Positions 24,590 to 39,219 of a DNA stretch of 64,000 nucleotides are shown piece after piece. Under the pieces are notes generated by a model. The model was not told where the DNA came from. It did not search any database and saw nothing but the letters and a program-made list of their open reading frames with translations. Made by a program: the position numbers and the translations under genes. Position 1 is the stretch's first letter. Every line of letters starts with the position of its first letter. Source of the stretch: Dicyema japonicum (lineage: Eukaryota > Animalia > Dicyemida); NCBI GenBank assembly GCA_011109175.1, contig RDEW01000024.1, positions 62,001-126,000 of the forward strand, written 5' to 3'.

Positions 24590-26870
24590 GCACACAATCA
24601 AACTACATTATAATTAAAAATACATATTTAATCACATGGAACAATTCTAAATTCTTGAATAACCTCTATTCCCTGTGGAAAGACTACATAAATTAAAAAA
24701 ATTTACATAAGAAGTATGATAAATCTTCTGCAAAATCAATTGCGATGTATAGAGGGAATTGCATCGTTTAAATACCTATTAATTAAATAATATATATAAC
24801 AAGTTTAATAGTAGATGGAAAAATATTTTGTTTATATATTTTAAACTTCCCAACAGTAACTATAATAAGTAATATTTAATACAAATTCGTCACTTTCGAT
24901 TGCATAATAGAAAAATTGAAACCATGTTCAAATGTAATGTATTGAGTTAGTAAAGTTAATACTTTAGAATAAATTTGTAGGCCAGAAAATGTACAATTAA
25001 TCAAATATCTTAATAATTAATATATAATACAGAAATTGCTCCTGATTTATTTCTTGACAATTTTTCTGTGTCAAAATGCCAAATTGAAGGTATAAGATGA
25101 TGAAATTAAACATCTATAGGATTAAATACCAAAATGATGAATATACTAGTAACCACAAGAAATTAAAATTATTACATGATTTACAGTCGTCATAATTAAT
25201 TATAATTTTATTAAATAAACTGATGGATTAAATAAATAAAAAAAAAATAATTTAATTAAATTCACACAATTAACATGGTTTTCCGATTTGTTTAATAATT
25301 TTACCATAAAATTTAATAAATTTGTCAAAAATGTCTAATAACTTTGCCACAATGTTTAATAGCTTTATCAAAATGTCTAGAAATTGTGTCAAAAGTTTAA
25401 TACCTTTTGAATAATGTTTAATTACAGGTCAATTTACGCAAAAATAAAATTTTAAGTGAATCTGAAAAGAGGCTACACACATTGACACTTCAGAAGTGAC
25501 TCACAATAACCAATTTTGTTGTCTATCTGGAAGCTGCTCTTCGTAATCTGAGAGCTAAAAATTGTCCTACTTCTATATAAGAATTAAATATGCAGATGAC
25601 CTGGATTTTGGTTTAGAAGTATGATGATATCTAATTCTTTTTCCACAAGAGTACTGCAGGGCAAATGAAATTATTTGTCAGACAAGAGTACTGCAAGGTA
25701 ATTTAATTGGTCTAATTTTGGAGAATTATAGGTGAAGTTAACACAAAGCAGTATGAAGTAATTAGCCTGAGTATGATGGGAGAATCTTTTACTTCTTTAG
25801 AATCAAATAGATGATATTGTTCTAAGTAACGAATGACTAACATTCGCTCTCGAATTGATTTTATGTGAAATATTAAAAGTGATCGCTTGATGACAAAATT
25901 ATTTTTCTGTGCGATTTTGGCTACAGATTGATCTATCAGGACCAAAAGATTTTCAACATCCTAAGTTCTTTTCTATTTGAAAGTAAAAATAGATCATATT
26001 TCTCCTTGACAGTAAAATTAGGTCAACCGTTAAAGTAATTTTAACTATATTTGATGACTATATATGCGATTAGTATCCTTATATTATTCGCAACCAAAAG
26101 TAGATGCCATGGTTTATACTGACTTTACCTCTCACTCTTCTTTTTGGATCTGTGGACGCTAAAAAGGATATTTCCTTAATGATCTAAATGACCGAATTAA
26201 TTTGAAATTGCATTACGATATGTTTTTGAAAAAGAGAGAGTTTCTTGAGAGCAATATGTTGCTAGAAGGTCTGCTTCAAGATGACTAGAAATTATTCAAC
26301 AAATGCTTGTTTGAATGTATATTTATGTGATAAAATTAGCAAATTTCTGACGAAGCAGTGAGAATAGCTGCCTCGCTCTGTCTTAACCTAAACTTTGTGT
26401 TAAATGAAAATTTCCTCGAGGACGTTAGATCGATGGTTATCATCTTTTAAGCGGATTTATGGCTGTTCCCCAACATGATGTCACAACCTGACATTGAAAA
26501 TGCACTTTAGATGCTGGCCACAACTAGTTTCTTTTTTGCGATGGCGACACCCCGAAGCGATAGCTATATTCCCATTCGAAAATGGTGGAAACATGGTTTG
26601 GTGCGTTACACGTGTTAAAAACATTCTTTAACAAATTTGGCTGATATTCAGTTTATGACGACGAAGATCATTAATATCGCCTAGGATCTCGTGGGACTGA
26701 TTGTTTCGAGATCGTATTTTGTAAGGTAAAATACCTGGCTATTGAAGTCGCTCAATATAATAATTAATTTTACTAATTGAAGTTATGATTTGCTAAAATG
26801 CCGACAATTAAAAATTCATGGGACCATACTGCAGGGAGAATCCTTTATCTCGTAAACTTGATGCGTTCGG
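24590..26870 (+). repeat. Segmental duplication copy B
   Basis: Colinear with 1-2240; the first ~550 bp are much more diverged than the rest. Confidence 0.95.
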
Positions 26871-27379
26871 TTAACTCATGATTCTACTAATGAACATGAA
26901 ATCTATGTTGATTTTTGTCATATTTCTATCAGCCTTGAAGTTGGGTTCGCTAGATTCCTCATGGGAGTTGTTCAGATTCAATACTGTCTGAAAAGTAAAT
27001 AGAGGGGAAGGAATTCTGTCTTATCTGTATTTTTTATTTAAAATTTGACTCCAGTAAAGAAAAAACAAAATAATAAATTTGGCATCGTCAGGTTTTCTGT
27101 CTGATAATGATTAGGCTCATACTTTGGAATATATCTTAGATATATTATAGTTGAAAGCAATTCATGTAAAAATGGACCGACGAAACTGCCGTTTGACATT
27201 TTTTGCCTTTTTGTCAATTTTATCAACATCTTAGGTGGCATTGAAGTGATCTGCTCTGTCTCATTCAATTACGACTGTTTAAACAGTCTCCATTATGACC
27301 TATCAGGCAATGAGCTTGGCCATTTCTGCACGGCAACAAATTGTTCTTGTGCAACACTGCATTCTCTCGTCGTGCATGC

Positions 27380-27990
27380 CACATAACCACTTGGATGCGC
27401 GAACGAAGAAACCCAGAAATCTAGTCCTTATATACAACCAATATTAACGACAAACGCTCTCTTATAAACGCACGCTCATTTGAAGGTTCAACAACTGTCA
27501 GCGATCACAGGATGGTTATTGTAACACAAACAATAATAATGAGAATACAAGAAATGGATACGCAACGGAATAACTGATGTCTCATCCAGATACAGTCATA
27601 AATTACCAAAAATATATCTGCTCTCATCTAAAGGACCTAACAGTAGGAGTTCGTGGGATCGCACAAATAATATAATAAACGAAGCTGCAAGCCAGTACCT
27701 CGGCACGTGGGAGATGGACAGTAAGGATTGGACGATACATACAGAACTGCAAAAGAGTTAATAGAAATACATACAAAAATCTAAACGAAAAAAGACTATA
27801 ACAAGAGAAAAGCCCTTCAGGGCAGGACCAAATCCGTAAAAAATCAGGATTTTGAACAAGAAACTCCACCAAGCAGACCTGCTTTGCAAAATCAATGAAG
27901 TATCCAAACTAAGAGATAATTCACAATTGTATATGGCCGCTCGCTTGCTACGCCACACAAACCGGAAAAAAACGAAAACAAAAATGGCAA
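27380..27990 (+). mobile_element. RTE LINE APE end and linker relic
   Basis: SDHRMVIV; linker similar to 4800-5000. Confidence 0.6.
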
Positions 27991-28039
27991 GATACAACTG
28001 ATTGCTGAATAGCAAAAGGAGTAATTGCAACACATAATG

Positions 28040-28470
28040 CACTCCATTCACCTCCGACCGTCGGTGCAAAGAAGGACCATAAATCTTCATCGGACATACT
28101 CGAATACCTGTCAAAGGAAAACTCTCAATCCTAAAAATGACTTACGACAGGCAGCTTAATTTTACCTACCATGCCAAAAAAGTTCTCGCCAAAAGACTGC
28201 AGAAGATAAATGTCACACGGGCTCTTAGCCAGAAGACCCCAGTGAATATAAATGAAACAATCGGAATTATATATCGTCAACAATGCAAAGAACTGAGTTT
28301 CCGCGTCACGACATATTACACTTCCGAAACACTTTGTAGTTTTAAATCTTATGAAAAAAGTATAAAAAGTGGAAACGATTTGGACAATTTAAGAAAACTC
28401 TCTTACGATCGAGGAAATTGGAAGATGTTAGATCGGAAGATTGTCTTGAGTGCTGCACGAGTGCACTTTC
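28040..28470 (+). mobile_element. Chimeric CCHC-LINE thumb / RTE 3'-end fragment (inverted homolog of 3190-3590)
   Basis: ataaatgtcacacggg, caatcggaattatatatcgtca and tgctgcacgagtg are shared across the same junction. Confidence 0.8.
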
Positions 28471-29269
28471 ATGCCATAGAGTTGCAACCTGACAAATAAA
28501 CAGCAGCGTATCGTCTTTACTGTCCCTGTTGCAACAAACTCTGATAGTCCATCTAATCGTCTCCCCTCTAAGACAACTCAAAATCTATGTCTCCGTTGAA
28601 TGTTCAACCGTTGTCAGGGAAATCGATAAAAAACTTAACTACTGGACTAAAAATCAACGAATTTACATATGAAAGCAAATCTAACAAAAACACCAGAAAC
28701 TAATCGTCATTCAACAAAAACTCCAGTTTCTCAATACAATTTTCAAGGTCCATATCTTATCCCTTAGTTCAAGACAACCTGGTGACCACAAAGACAACCT
28801 GAGAGGCTACTTCCACCACCTCATTTAATTTAGTGTCAGAAGGGTGGCATTCTGTAGTATACATGTCGCCTTGTTTATCACACGGAGGGCCATGTGGTTG
28901 GGGATCGTAAAATTGATGTAATTGAGTACTTAGGCGAGACAGAATTGTACAAATTATAGAAACATGAAGTCGTTCCTAGGCTCAATAGATTTGTTGTAGG
29001 CATTTTCGATAAAGTAGTCCAGTCCTTCTCGGAGATGGTCTTATTCCGTTACTTTGATTAAGTACCTCTTTTCTAAAGAGGAGTAAGTTATTTTTCTGGT
29101 TATCGAGTTCTTCTATCGTTATTTGAACCACTATTAGGTAAGAATTCGAATTTACCTCCTTCCATGAGATCTATGGGGATAAATCCAAAGAACTTATGTT
29201 TATATATATTAAAGTTGTCATAAAATTTCGATTAATGAAAAGACAACAAAAGACTATAATTTATTTTTA

Positions 29270-29680
29270 TTTTAATAACCCCGGGAACACAGAGAAAGAC
29301 AAAAGAGTCAAACATTTAGGTGATCCCAGTCCTCGCTATCAATTGTGCCATTGGACGTCTGTGATCTTTTATTGTCCCCACTGCTTTCCGGAAGAGCCTT
29401 CTCTCCGTCTTGCAGAGGAATCCGATCGGGGAGGAGAATTTCTTATCCAATCGGTTTTCTCTTGCCATGGAAAGGATCAGGCGAAGCGGGTTTCCATCTT
29501 CCTCACAGATGCGAAGAAATCCGGAGCCACGACTACGGATCTTAGCTTCCATGAGTAGTGGTCGACTGTTGATCTATTACGTGGGCAAAACACACTGAGT
29601 GTTTTCTGGTGTATTGAGTTGACTCTTTGGACCATAGAATCCGATAGCGCGAATCTCCATGTAACAGAGGCATACTTAAC
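29270..29680 (-). mobile_element. APE-RT-CCHC LINE 3' end
   Basis: GSGFLRICEED..ENRLDKKFSSPIG; homologous to 2720-3135. Confidence 0.85.
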
Positions 29681-30091
29681 GGCTGTTCAAAATTTGCGTC
29701 ACTTAAATTTTCATATTTCATCTTTAATAAATAATAATGTGATTACATTATTATTTATTTTATACAATAATATATTTTTGTTCTAGTGGTGGTGTGTATG
29801 TTTGTTTTCACTAGTTTGCAAACAAATCCTTAGGGCCGTCTTACAGAGAATATTGAAGATAGAAACAATTTAGAAGTGAGAAATATATCTTCAGGAATAC
29901 ATGATGCCAATGGAACTAGCATAAGATCTACTGTGGGAAATGTTCCTGCACATCTGCTGTCCTTCAAAGCATTAATCACTGAGATTCGATCAGGTGACAG
30001 GATCAAGTGGATCTCAATGGTTGTCAACTCTGCGAAAAGGATATTCGGGAGTTCTTTTTGTTTGAGATGGTGACATGCCTCTTTTGCACAT

Positions 30092-30450
30092 ATGTCTGCA
30101 AAGGATTCAGAACAATTTAATGACCTGACTATCCTAACCTTCAATGTCAGTGTGAATAACGTGGCTAAGAGGCAGCTTCTATTTTCCGATGTTGAGAATT
30201 ACTGGGATCCTGTATGCTGGCTGCAGGAGACTAAAATAAAAAATGGACTCGATGAATCACATGCAAATTACAGGTTACTATTGCTTCTTTTGAAATCGAG
30301 GCATTATGGACAAGGCTTTGTCATACAAAAGGACTATATTCCCAGAGTACATCGTTACTGGCAATGAGAGAATCATGTCTTACAAATACGTACAAGATCA
30401 AGCAGAAATTCGAGGAGACTAATCACAATTGTCAACGTTTACGCACCACT
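30092..30450 (+). mobile_element. RTE LINE APE N-terminal fragment
   Basis: ILTFNV, CWLQETKI, HYGQGF, IVNVYAP. Confidence 0.85.
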
Positions 30451-31329
30451 GTATTGTCTAAAAGGACACACACCTAGAAAAATAAAACAAAAATTGAAGA
30501 GCATTTCTTGGTTCTCCCTCTACGATTAGTTATGATAACTGTTCTTTGCTTAAAATAAAGTGTGTGTTCTGCTGTGGAGATGTTAATTCTATGAAAAATG
30601 AATTTTTGTCAGTTTAAGCATGGTTTGCGTGTTCTGGATCAAACGTCGTCGTGTTGAAAATCGTGGACATAATTTTCGAAAAGTTGCTAACAGATTCAGA
30701 TATATCTCAGAATTGACACCGAATTTCTGTCTCAAGCTCTCTAATAAGGAGAAAATCGCTATTGAAGTATGTATTCTATATCTCTTAAGATTGTTTTGAA
30801 ATAAAGGACTTTCACAAAGAATCGTCTTTAGTCTGAATTTTAACATTTTTATGGTGGATTCTCTTCACTGAAATTGAGAAAAGGGAGCTTTCGTAAAAAA
30901 ATACTTCAAAATTCATTAGCTTTATTGACGGTTGTGAAACAACAATTTTATCCGCGTAGGACCGTAATGTGTCGTCAACCTGTTGAATTTTAAATCATTC
31001 GTAATTAGATTGCATAAAACTGGAGATAATGGGGAACCCTAAGGAACCTCGTTTGGTAATAATAGTCTGCATGAGGAACATCGATTACCCTGGCGGATCA
31101 GGTAAATGAGTTTATCAGGTTAATCGGGCAGCTGTAAAGAAGAAGGGTGAACCTAGAATGACGCGATAGCTTTTCCAGAACATTGTGCTCGAGATTATAA
31201 AAGGTATCTCCCATCGCGTGTTCAATATTTCCAGGTCATAATGGAGACCTCATAACAACTTTTATTTTAACTTACTTTTTAATAAAATATCCTATTTTCA
31301 CTTACTATTAGCACTTTGATGATTTTGTT

Positions 31330-31870
31330 AACCAATCGCTTCCGCCCCCTTTATTGGACTCCAAATATTTCACTAGGATTAAAGTTGGATACTCTCTTTG
31401 CATTCGGCGAACACTTCAATGACATTATAACCAGCATATTGAAAATTATGTCCCGATCACCAATTGGGCACAACACCTTCTTACTACTGAAAATTTACAG
31501 ACGATACATACTGCCAGCAATCGATTACGCATGTCCTTTCTGAAGCTGATACCTGAATCGACGTCTCAAAAATCTCAAAAATTAGAAGCCGCACAACCAG
31601 CTGCCTTGAAAATAATTAATAAGAAAACTGTGAAAAACGTAATGACTCTTAAAGAACATCTAAGGTAAAGAATGAGTCATTTCTACAGTAGCTATGAAAA
31701 ACGGCTGTCCGCTTTCACTCTATATTTGACTATCTTGAAAATGCGGGGAATCTATGGAGAATGAGACCGTCCCCGTTTTTATCAATTCTGTAGGATCTTC
31801 GAGGACCCGAACGAGAGCCAGAACCCGGAAAACCGGGATTACTTAGTTAGTAGTTAACTTTTAACTTTTT
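31330..31870 (+). mobile_element. APE-RT-CCHC LINE 3' relic
   Basis: LGLKLD, IYRRYILPAIDYACPF, family terminus gggattacttag. Confidence 0.7.
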
Positions 31871-32091
31871 CTAATTCGTTGATTTTGCGTTAAAAAAGTT
31901 TACAGAAATAGAATTTTAGTATTGTGAACCTGTATTTTCAAATTGACACTAGCGTCATTTGCAGTGTATAGGTATTGTTTAACAATGGAGCAAAAGACAC
32001 TAAATAAAAAAATTGTCTATGTAATATTCAATATTTAAAATATGTTTTCATCGCATCTACTAATGATGGAAATAACCTTTTGTGTTTATTA

Positions 32092-33486
32092 TGTCGCGAG
32101 CGCTACTTGCAACTATGCGCTACCTGCAATATCGATTTTTTGAATTTTTTGAATTTTTTTGAATCTATAAAAATTGTTCTTTTGGATTAAAATTCTAATT
32201 TTTAGTAATATAAAATATTAATTTTATTGTATAAAATTATTAATAAACTATTAATACTAATTATATAGAAGATGCGGTTCCGACCTCTGAGCACCATGAT
32301 CATGAAGGCTCGCTGGAGATTGTTTGGCCATATTCTCAGATTGGAACAAGACACGCAGCAAACGTCGTCATGGAAGAATACTTCGATACGTCAGGGGAGA
32401 AGTTCAGAGGTCGTCCAAGAATAACTCTTCCGGAAGTCCTTAATGGTGACCTGAGATCAGTAACCAGACTACTAAAGGACGGTGAAGACCTTAGTAGTCT
32501 GCGGCACTTGGCATAGGACAGGAGGGGATGGGAAAGGCTAATTAAGAGGATTGTTCAGACGCGGCACGAATAGAATTATAGTTTATATGATTCTATGTAG
32601 TTGCTTATAATAATAATAATAATTTGAATTGTTATGTCACGCTTGTTTGTTAAGACATCTGTTGAATATGATAATCTCAAAATTATTCTGGAAGGAGGCT
32701 TACCTACTGATGTGCCTGCATGTGCTATGTGCAGGATCCGAAAAAAGTCCAAGAGCTTCGTTCTTAAAGAAGGAAGAATGTATCTAAAAGACCCAGAAGG
32801 CGATAAATTGGTTATTGATTCGGACAACGTTGAGGAAATGAAGTTTGTCGCTACTCAAATTCATGATTTAACACATTGTGGCCAAAACAACCTAGAAACA
32901 TATTGTAAAGAAACGATATTTTTTTGTGAAAAGAGATGTTATTCGCGATGTTGTTTCCAATTGTGAGACATGTCTTTTTTGCCAAAAGTCTTAAGGAATA
33001 TGATGAAGAAAATCATATATTAGCAACAATCTTTCGCTAAGTTAGGGAAATTTGAATTTCCCTACAGTGAAAAAGTGAAAGTCGTAGATATATTGTCTAA
33101 CAAGCGAATGTCACTTCAATCAAATGGGACATACCGAGATCGTCCACATGAGTCGCGTTAAAAAAGCTTAAAAAGAAGTGACTTATCCTTTCTTATAAAT
33201 AAAATATTTTTTTTGAATTTTTTGTCTTAATTGAAACTTAAATGAATACAATCGTCTAACCTGGGATTTTAAATTGTTTAAAATATTGGATTTAAAAAAT
33301 AAATTCAATTTTATAATTTTTAAAGCATAACATAAATCTTTATATTATTTTAGTTTCATGTTTTTTGAGAAAACTGGTTTCTTTTACTGAGTTTCGACTT
33401 GTGAGTGTCATAAGACTATTCGTTTAATTTCGAGGAAAAAAATCGATATTGCAAGTAGCGCGTAGTTGCAGGTAGCTCTCGCGACA
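32092..33486 (+). mobile_element. Ginger2-like DNA transposon, internally deleted
   Basis: ~50-bp TIRs beginning TGTCGCGAG, 5-bp TSD TATTA (32087-32091 and 33487-33491), integrase HHCC remnant at 32634-32975. Confidence 0.85.
32268..32620 (+). mobile_element. 5'-truncated RTE nested in the Ginger element
   Basis: ARWRLFGHILRL, FRGRPR, (TAA)n tail. Confidence 0.9.
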
Positions 33487-33889
33487 TATTATGCTCAAAG
33501 TCATTTTTTAACGAGGCTATGAAGCTTTCTAGATTAAGTCAGCATTTACGAAGGGTTCTTATATTTTATTAAAATATAGGTCCATCCAAATAATCCAACG
33601 AGCCGCTGACGTTTTTCCAAAAGTTTCGGGGGAACAAAAAAATCAACGGAGCCTAGATTGGTACTCCGCAAGGGGACTCGCTTTCGCCAGTTCTCTTTGC
33701 AATCAATTGTTCTTTACTTAAATAATGTGTGTGTCCTGCCTATGCGTAGCTATAGACATTTTGGCTCTCCTGAAAAGGCTGTTAAAAAAATCATTTGTTG
33801 TCCCTTTCCATGTTGAACGTATGGAATCCTTGGCTGCTCAATTATGAAAAAGGTCACCAAACATTATGATTCTCATTAGCACAGACAAT

Positions 33890-34680
33890 AAAATACTAAT
33901 TTATAATATAAGCTGGCTTTACAGTCCACCACGCTCAAAGCATGTTACCTATGGGGGGTCTTATACTTTTTACCTCAATTTATCAAACTGAATGGGATAA
34001 GCAATGTTAATTATCTGCCTTAATTTGGTGTCCGTTTTGGATACAGAAAGGATTATGTCAAAATGGGAACATATTGTGTCAATCTAGACTTGATTTAAAA
34101 GAGACTTTTATCTTTATTTTTGAAAGAATTATTCTGTTCTCTCTCATCTAGGATGTGAAGGATGATATTTTTTCGACAGAGGGAACAATAATCAACTTTC
34201 TGGATAAGGCGAGGAGGATAACGTTCAAGCTGGACCGTCGTAAATGAAATAAAGAAACACTAGGAAAATAGAAGGAAATGCTGAACAACTAAGTAAGGAC
34301 TGTTTTAATTAAACGGATAAGGAGTTCTTCTAACTACTAGAGTGTAAGATAGGACAATCAGACAAAAATTTGAAGCTAGGGTGGTAAAACTGAGAAAGTA
34401 TCCGAGCCTCACGGCAGGATTTTTAATAAAATGTAATCCCACATAACACTCGATACGATTTAAAAATGTCTCTTTATTAAAGTAGCAATTATTTTTTGAT
34501 AACGTCATGTATACCACTAAGCATGACTGAACTATTTGAACCCAACACGTTAAAACATGACACTACTTGGCTCAATGATCGTCTCTAATCTACACAAAAA
34601 CATACTAGACAGAACTGTCGTTTTACGTATTACTGACTCCGAAGGAGTCGGTGCTGGGTATTTCATTTCGGAAATCGACT
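33890..34680 (+). repeat. Dispersed repeat family, copy 2
   Basis: Colinear with 7985-9340. Confidence 0.85.
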
Positions 34681-34859
34681 CTTCCGTAACTCTGTATGCT
34701 ATTTTCGCCTTAACTGAGATCTTCTCTAAACTGTTTAACAGATAAATGGGTCCTAGGAAGAATGACATAAGTATTAAAGACTGGTAGGTTCCAGACCTCC
34801 ATAATCATGAGTCTCTCTTTGACTTGATTATACAGTCTTTAATACCTATGAATTATTAG

Positions 34860-36860
34860 TATTATTATTACCCCCAGGATCACTGGGTTAAAGAAAAGAA
34901 ATAAAAGTTCTCATCTAACTAAGTGATCCTAGACCGACAAAGGAGAGGACGAGTCCAGTTGGGTCGAGAATCTTCTCATTGGACATGGCATCGGCTCAAA
35001 ACTTCTGATGATCGTAGATAATTCGATAGTGTATGGAATAGAGGGCAGCTCGGTGAAATAGCCTCCTTTAAGAGTTTCCGTTGTAATTCGACTAAGAAAT
35101 TTTCAATAGGCTAGATTTTGTGTTCTGATCCAATTAACTTTATTCAGTCCCCTAGATTGCAGATAGTTTCAATGAGGACGATCTTGAAATCTTCATTGCC
35201 CATGAAGGATTGCATACGTCATCGTTGGTCGGATAAATTGTTCATAAATCTTGGTAAGGCCACTAGTTGGTTTCTAAGTGTTTTTGAGAGCACTTTTAAA
35301 ATTCACATTTTTTTCAGAGCAGAAGTTACTTTGTTTTCAACATGTCGGATAAAGGTGAGTCCCTGATCAAAGGTTACTCCCAGAATATTCTGTTTTGTTA
35401 ATAGGAATAGCTTCGTTCTTCATAAAGAATTTGGTTACCTGTTTTTGTAGGTGGTAAACAGTGTGACAAAAGACCGCTTCGAGGATCATATTTAGCTTGT
35501 CGAGCATTTGTTGAACGGACTGAGTATCCTTGAGGGATCCCATTTGGGAAATAGCGAGATCTTGATTTGATGTTGTTGATGAGTACTTGTGGTCGTCTTC
35601 CATTTAGGAAGTTTCCAAGCCAAATTTTCAGGTTCGGATGGATGTTGGTTTCAAATATTTTCTTTGTTAGGAGTTTCCTAGGGACTGAGTCGAACGCTTT
35701 TGTAATGTCCACGGATATAAGTGCTGTCCTCTGATGGAGTTTGGGGGAGTTAAATCCTTCCGCAATGAATTGTGTGAAGGTTTTAAGGTGTGTTGTCAAA
35801 TGGTTATCCGGGAATCCGTGCTGGGTCAGAGGTATTGAGATTGAGTCTTGTATTTTTTTCCAAAACAAGCCTTTCAAGGATCCTTGAGACCGGACTTAGA
35901 ATATATATTAGGCGATAAAAAGATGGTTCATTTATTGGTTTGTTGGGTTTTCGGATAGGTCTGATTAGAGACTTCTTCCATCTTTCAGGGATTGTATTTG
36001 TGCTAATGGATAGGTTGAATATATAGGCTAATAGATCCAGAGTTCGATGGCCCTGGTGCTTCAGTTCATATGTGGTTATGTTGTCTGGTCATTTGGCCTC
36101 TGATCTGTTGGCTTTGAATATGGCTCTGCGAACATTTTGACTAGTAAATAGGATCAAGTCATCGGAGCGTTTCGTTTCAATCTTATTCAGGAATACTTAG
36201 TGTTCTTTTGAAAACTTCTTGTAGGAGATAGACGTGTAATATTTTATCAGAGTGTCTGGTTTTATGTAGACTTTGACAATTCTCTCTGGAGAGAATCTTT
36301 TGATGTTCTTGATCCACTTCCACACTCTCTACATTGGGTGGTTCTTGCAGAAAGCCTTCGATAACCTCGTCCATCTATTTGCATTTTCTGTCTTTCTGTT
36401 GTTGTCGATCTTTCTGTTCAATTCTTGAATTTTTCTGATGTTCTCTTCTGTTGGCGATTTTACCATCTTTAGATTATTTCGTCCTCTAATCAGATGTTTC
36501 GTCGTTGTGTTGAAACGTTTTGATGACGTAGTTGTTTCCCCATAGACAGCGTTTATGGTGGAGTTGAACCATTTCACTAATTGTTCGACGGAGGAAGGAT
36601 TGGGGAAATTTAATAGTCCAATACAATTATCGACGGAATCCTCTCCAATTCGCAAGGCAGTAGTTAGTTATCGTTGGGCATTGTCCCTTTATCCGTGACC
36701 TTGTTTTGACCTCAAAAAATATTGGATTGTAGTCACTCCTGGAGTCACACTTCACTGAGCAGTCAATAAAGTTGCCAAGGACGGTGATGACAATGAGATG
36801 TCGATAGAAATAGGTTTATCGTTACGTCGAGTAGGTGTCACACAAGAGATTATTAGTGGA
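34860..36860 (-). mobile_element. APE-RT-CCHC LINE, long degenerate copy
   Basis: VDITKAFDSV, WLGNFLNGR, GIPQG, C-terminal cysteine motif, 3' tail at 34860-34875. Confidence 0.9.
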
Positions 36861-36899
36861 CTCTCGTTCGTATGGAAGATCATTGGCAAATAGCGATCA

Positions 36900-37470
36900 C
36901 TAGATCGTAGTCTGTAGGTTGAATCTTAGCAGGCATTATGGAATATTATATGCGAATCATGCACGTCCCAGAAAAACACAGATAGCGGGAGAAGAATTAG
37001 TTAATAATCCTGTACTTCTCACGAGATACCAGCAGCGAATGGACCATCATCTATCCAATATTTCTATAGATGGCCTACCCCATATCGTGTGGGAAAGAAT
37101 CTCTAAAACCATAATGACGGCTGCCGAAGAAACAGTGGGATTCGCGAAAATACTATGAAAGGAAGATATAAAGGAGCACATAACTCGACAGTCAATGAAT
37201 TGTCTATCCGTCAACGAGATATAAGACTTTAGATTGAAGCTTGTGATCATGAACAAAAATCCGAATTAAAAAAAATTGCGAAATACAATCCAACACGAAA
37301 TTAAGAAGAATGTGCTCCGATCATGGTCGGTCTTTTTGGTCCAACGAGTATTGGAAGTGGAAAGATTACAATCTGGTGCAAAAATGTTTATCCCTGTGCG
37401 TTTACTTAACTGCGGGTCAGCTAAAACCAATTTAAAGATTGAAATGAATTCGGTAACTTTGTATTGGACG
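36900..37470 (+). mobile_element. RTE LINE linker relic
   Basis: AAEETVGF, VERLQSGAKMF. Confidence 0.7.
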
Positions 37471-39219
37471 CCAACAGCTTTCTATTTCCTTTTTTATATA
37501 AAGAATGAATGAAAAACTTAGTGAAACCCATTCGAAGGCTGTCTTTTTGTGCAATTAGATCCCTCATTTATTCACAGGTAAATTAGACCTTGGATACTCC
37601 AGAGTTAAGTAAAGAAAGATGACTTTGTTGCTAGTTTCTCGTTTTGCACATATTCCAGAATTACTTAAACGAGTTGAAAAGAATTATGATATTCCTCCAA
37701 GTTCCTACGGCGTTATTTTACCCTCATTATTCCTCTTTATGAAGTCATAAATGTGTGAACCTAGTGTTGTAGTTCTTATACTCCACTTTTTATTAGAAAA
37801 GATAACAATAATAAATTGTAGGAAGGGGACAAGCAATTAAGAAATATCAAAAAAGTCTTTTTTTCATTTTGGTTAGATGCAACTTTCAGTAGACAATTCA
37901 TCCGCAGTTGGTAATCAATGCTGAAAGGGTCACTCGTCATCCCAGGAGCATTATTGATCCATCGAACTTTCAATCGGAATGGGCAGCTGTGATATTCGGA
38001 CTAAATTTTATTGACGCATTTTAAAACAATGACTTTTGCTAGCTGATGATCAACCATCTTAACTCTCGAAAGTCTCAATGCGATTTAGAAAAACTCTTAC
38101 GATATTCTATTAGCTAAATTGAAAGGTTTCGAAGACGTTTGGAAAAAACGGAAGCAGTCTCTCAGGCTCGAGTATCAGGTGCAAAATGAAAAATACTAAG
38201 CTTCTATTATGATCAGCCATTTCACTTTTCTCTTCATAAAGCCTCACTATATTTATGACTCGATTTATACCACTTAGACATACTTATCTTAGTTTTTGAA
38301 TTTAAAACTCAGTATTTGGATAAAAGTTTATGCGGGAATAAATATTTTATTAATAAGTTCGGAGAGTTGAATAGCTGCGGCTATGACTGTTCTTTACCTC
38401 CTTTGAGGGATACGAGGAAGATACTTACACATAGCCATTCTCGCAGTTAGCAGGGTCGAGATAAGAAAAAATGAAAATATCGAGGATTAAAAAATATAAG
38501 TATAGATTACTTCATCCAATAAAAAATCCATTTTAGATATTATCGTTCAAAAAGTTTTTTTGTAATAATAGGTCAAAGTTTAGTTACATCTTTTAGTTTG
38601 GTTTTGTGACGATGATTTGGACGGCTGAACTTGCGTAGAATATTCTCATTATTTTTGGAGATGAGAGCTTTTCTTAAACAAATTTAGAATATACGTATAT
38701 TTGAATTTATTATTTTCCTTGAACCATCTATGGGTGTATGTTGAGTTTAGTGGATCAAATAACGTCAAAAAAGAGAAATCTTCAATAAAGTAGTCACACA
38801 CTACCAGATGGTGTCACGTGGCCAAGTTCAAATCTTTTATAAACTAACAAAACCACTCTTATTTTAACGTTCGAATTTATTTTCTTTATTTAAGTGTGAA
38901 TGTAAATTTGGTGAACTTCCTTATACAATCGTAGCTGTAAATACCCAAACTGCTCGGCTAAAAATCCTCGAATGGATCCTCAAATAGGTAAGTCGTAAAA
39001 CGCTGAAATTAATTAATATGGGCGAATGAATTGATAGCCGTTATAGATACATCAACGTAGTCAAATGAATAGAACGGTTTTATAGCAGCTTCGGATTATG
39101 ATGACTTTGGTTCCCTACTGATTTGTACTGAGGCTGATAAGAGTATCTATGATCAAGGATGATTTATAGGCAATGGTAGCTTAGTGAATTAATATTTGAA
39201 TAAAAATATCCGTAAATTT

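Larger units (their letters stand above)
31985..33560 (+). mobile_element. hAT (Buster/Charlie-type) transposase BED-finger fragment split by a Ginger insertion
   Basis: Rejoined flanks read YLKYVFI..CLL|CSKSFFNEAMKLSRLSQHL. Confidence 0.8.
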
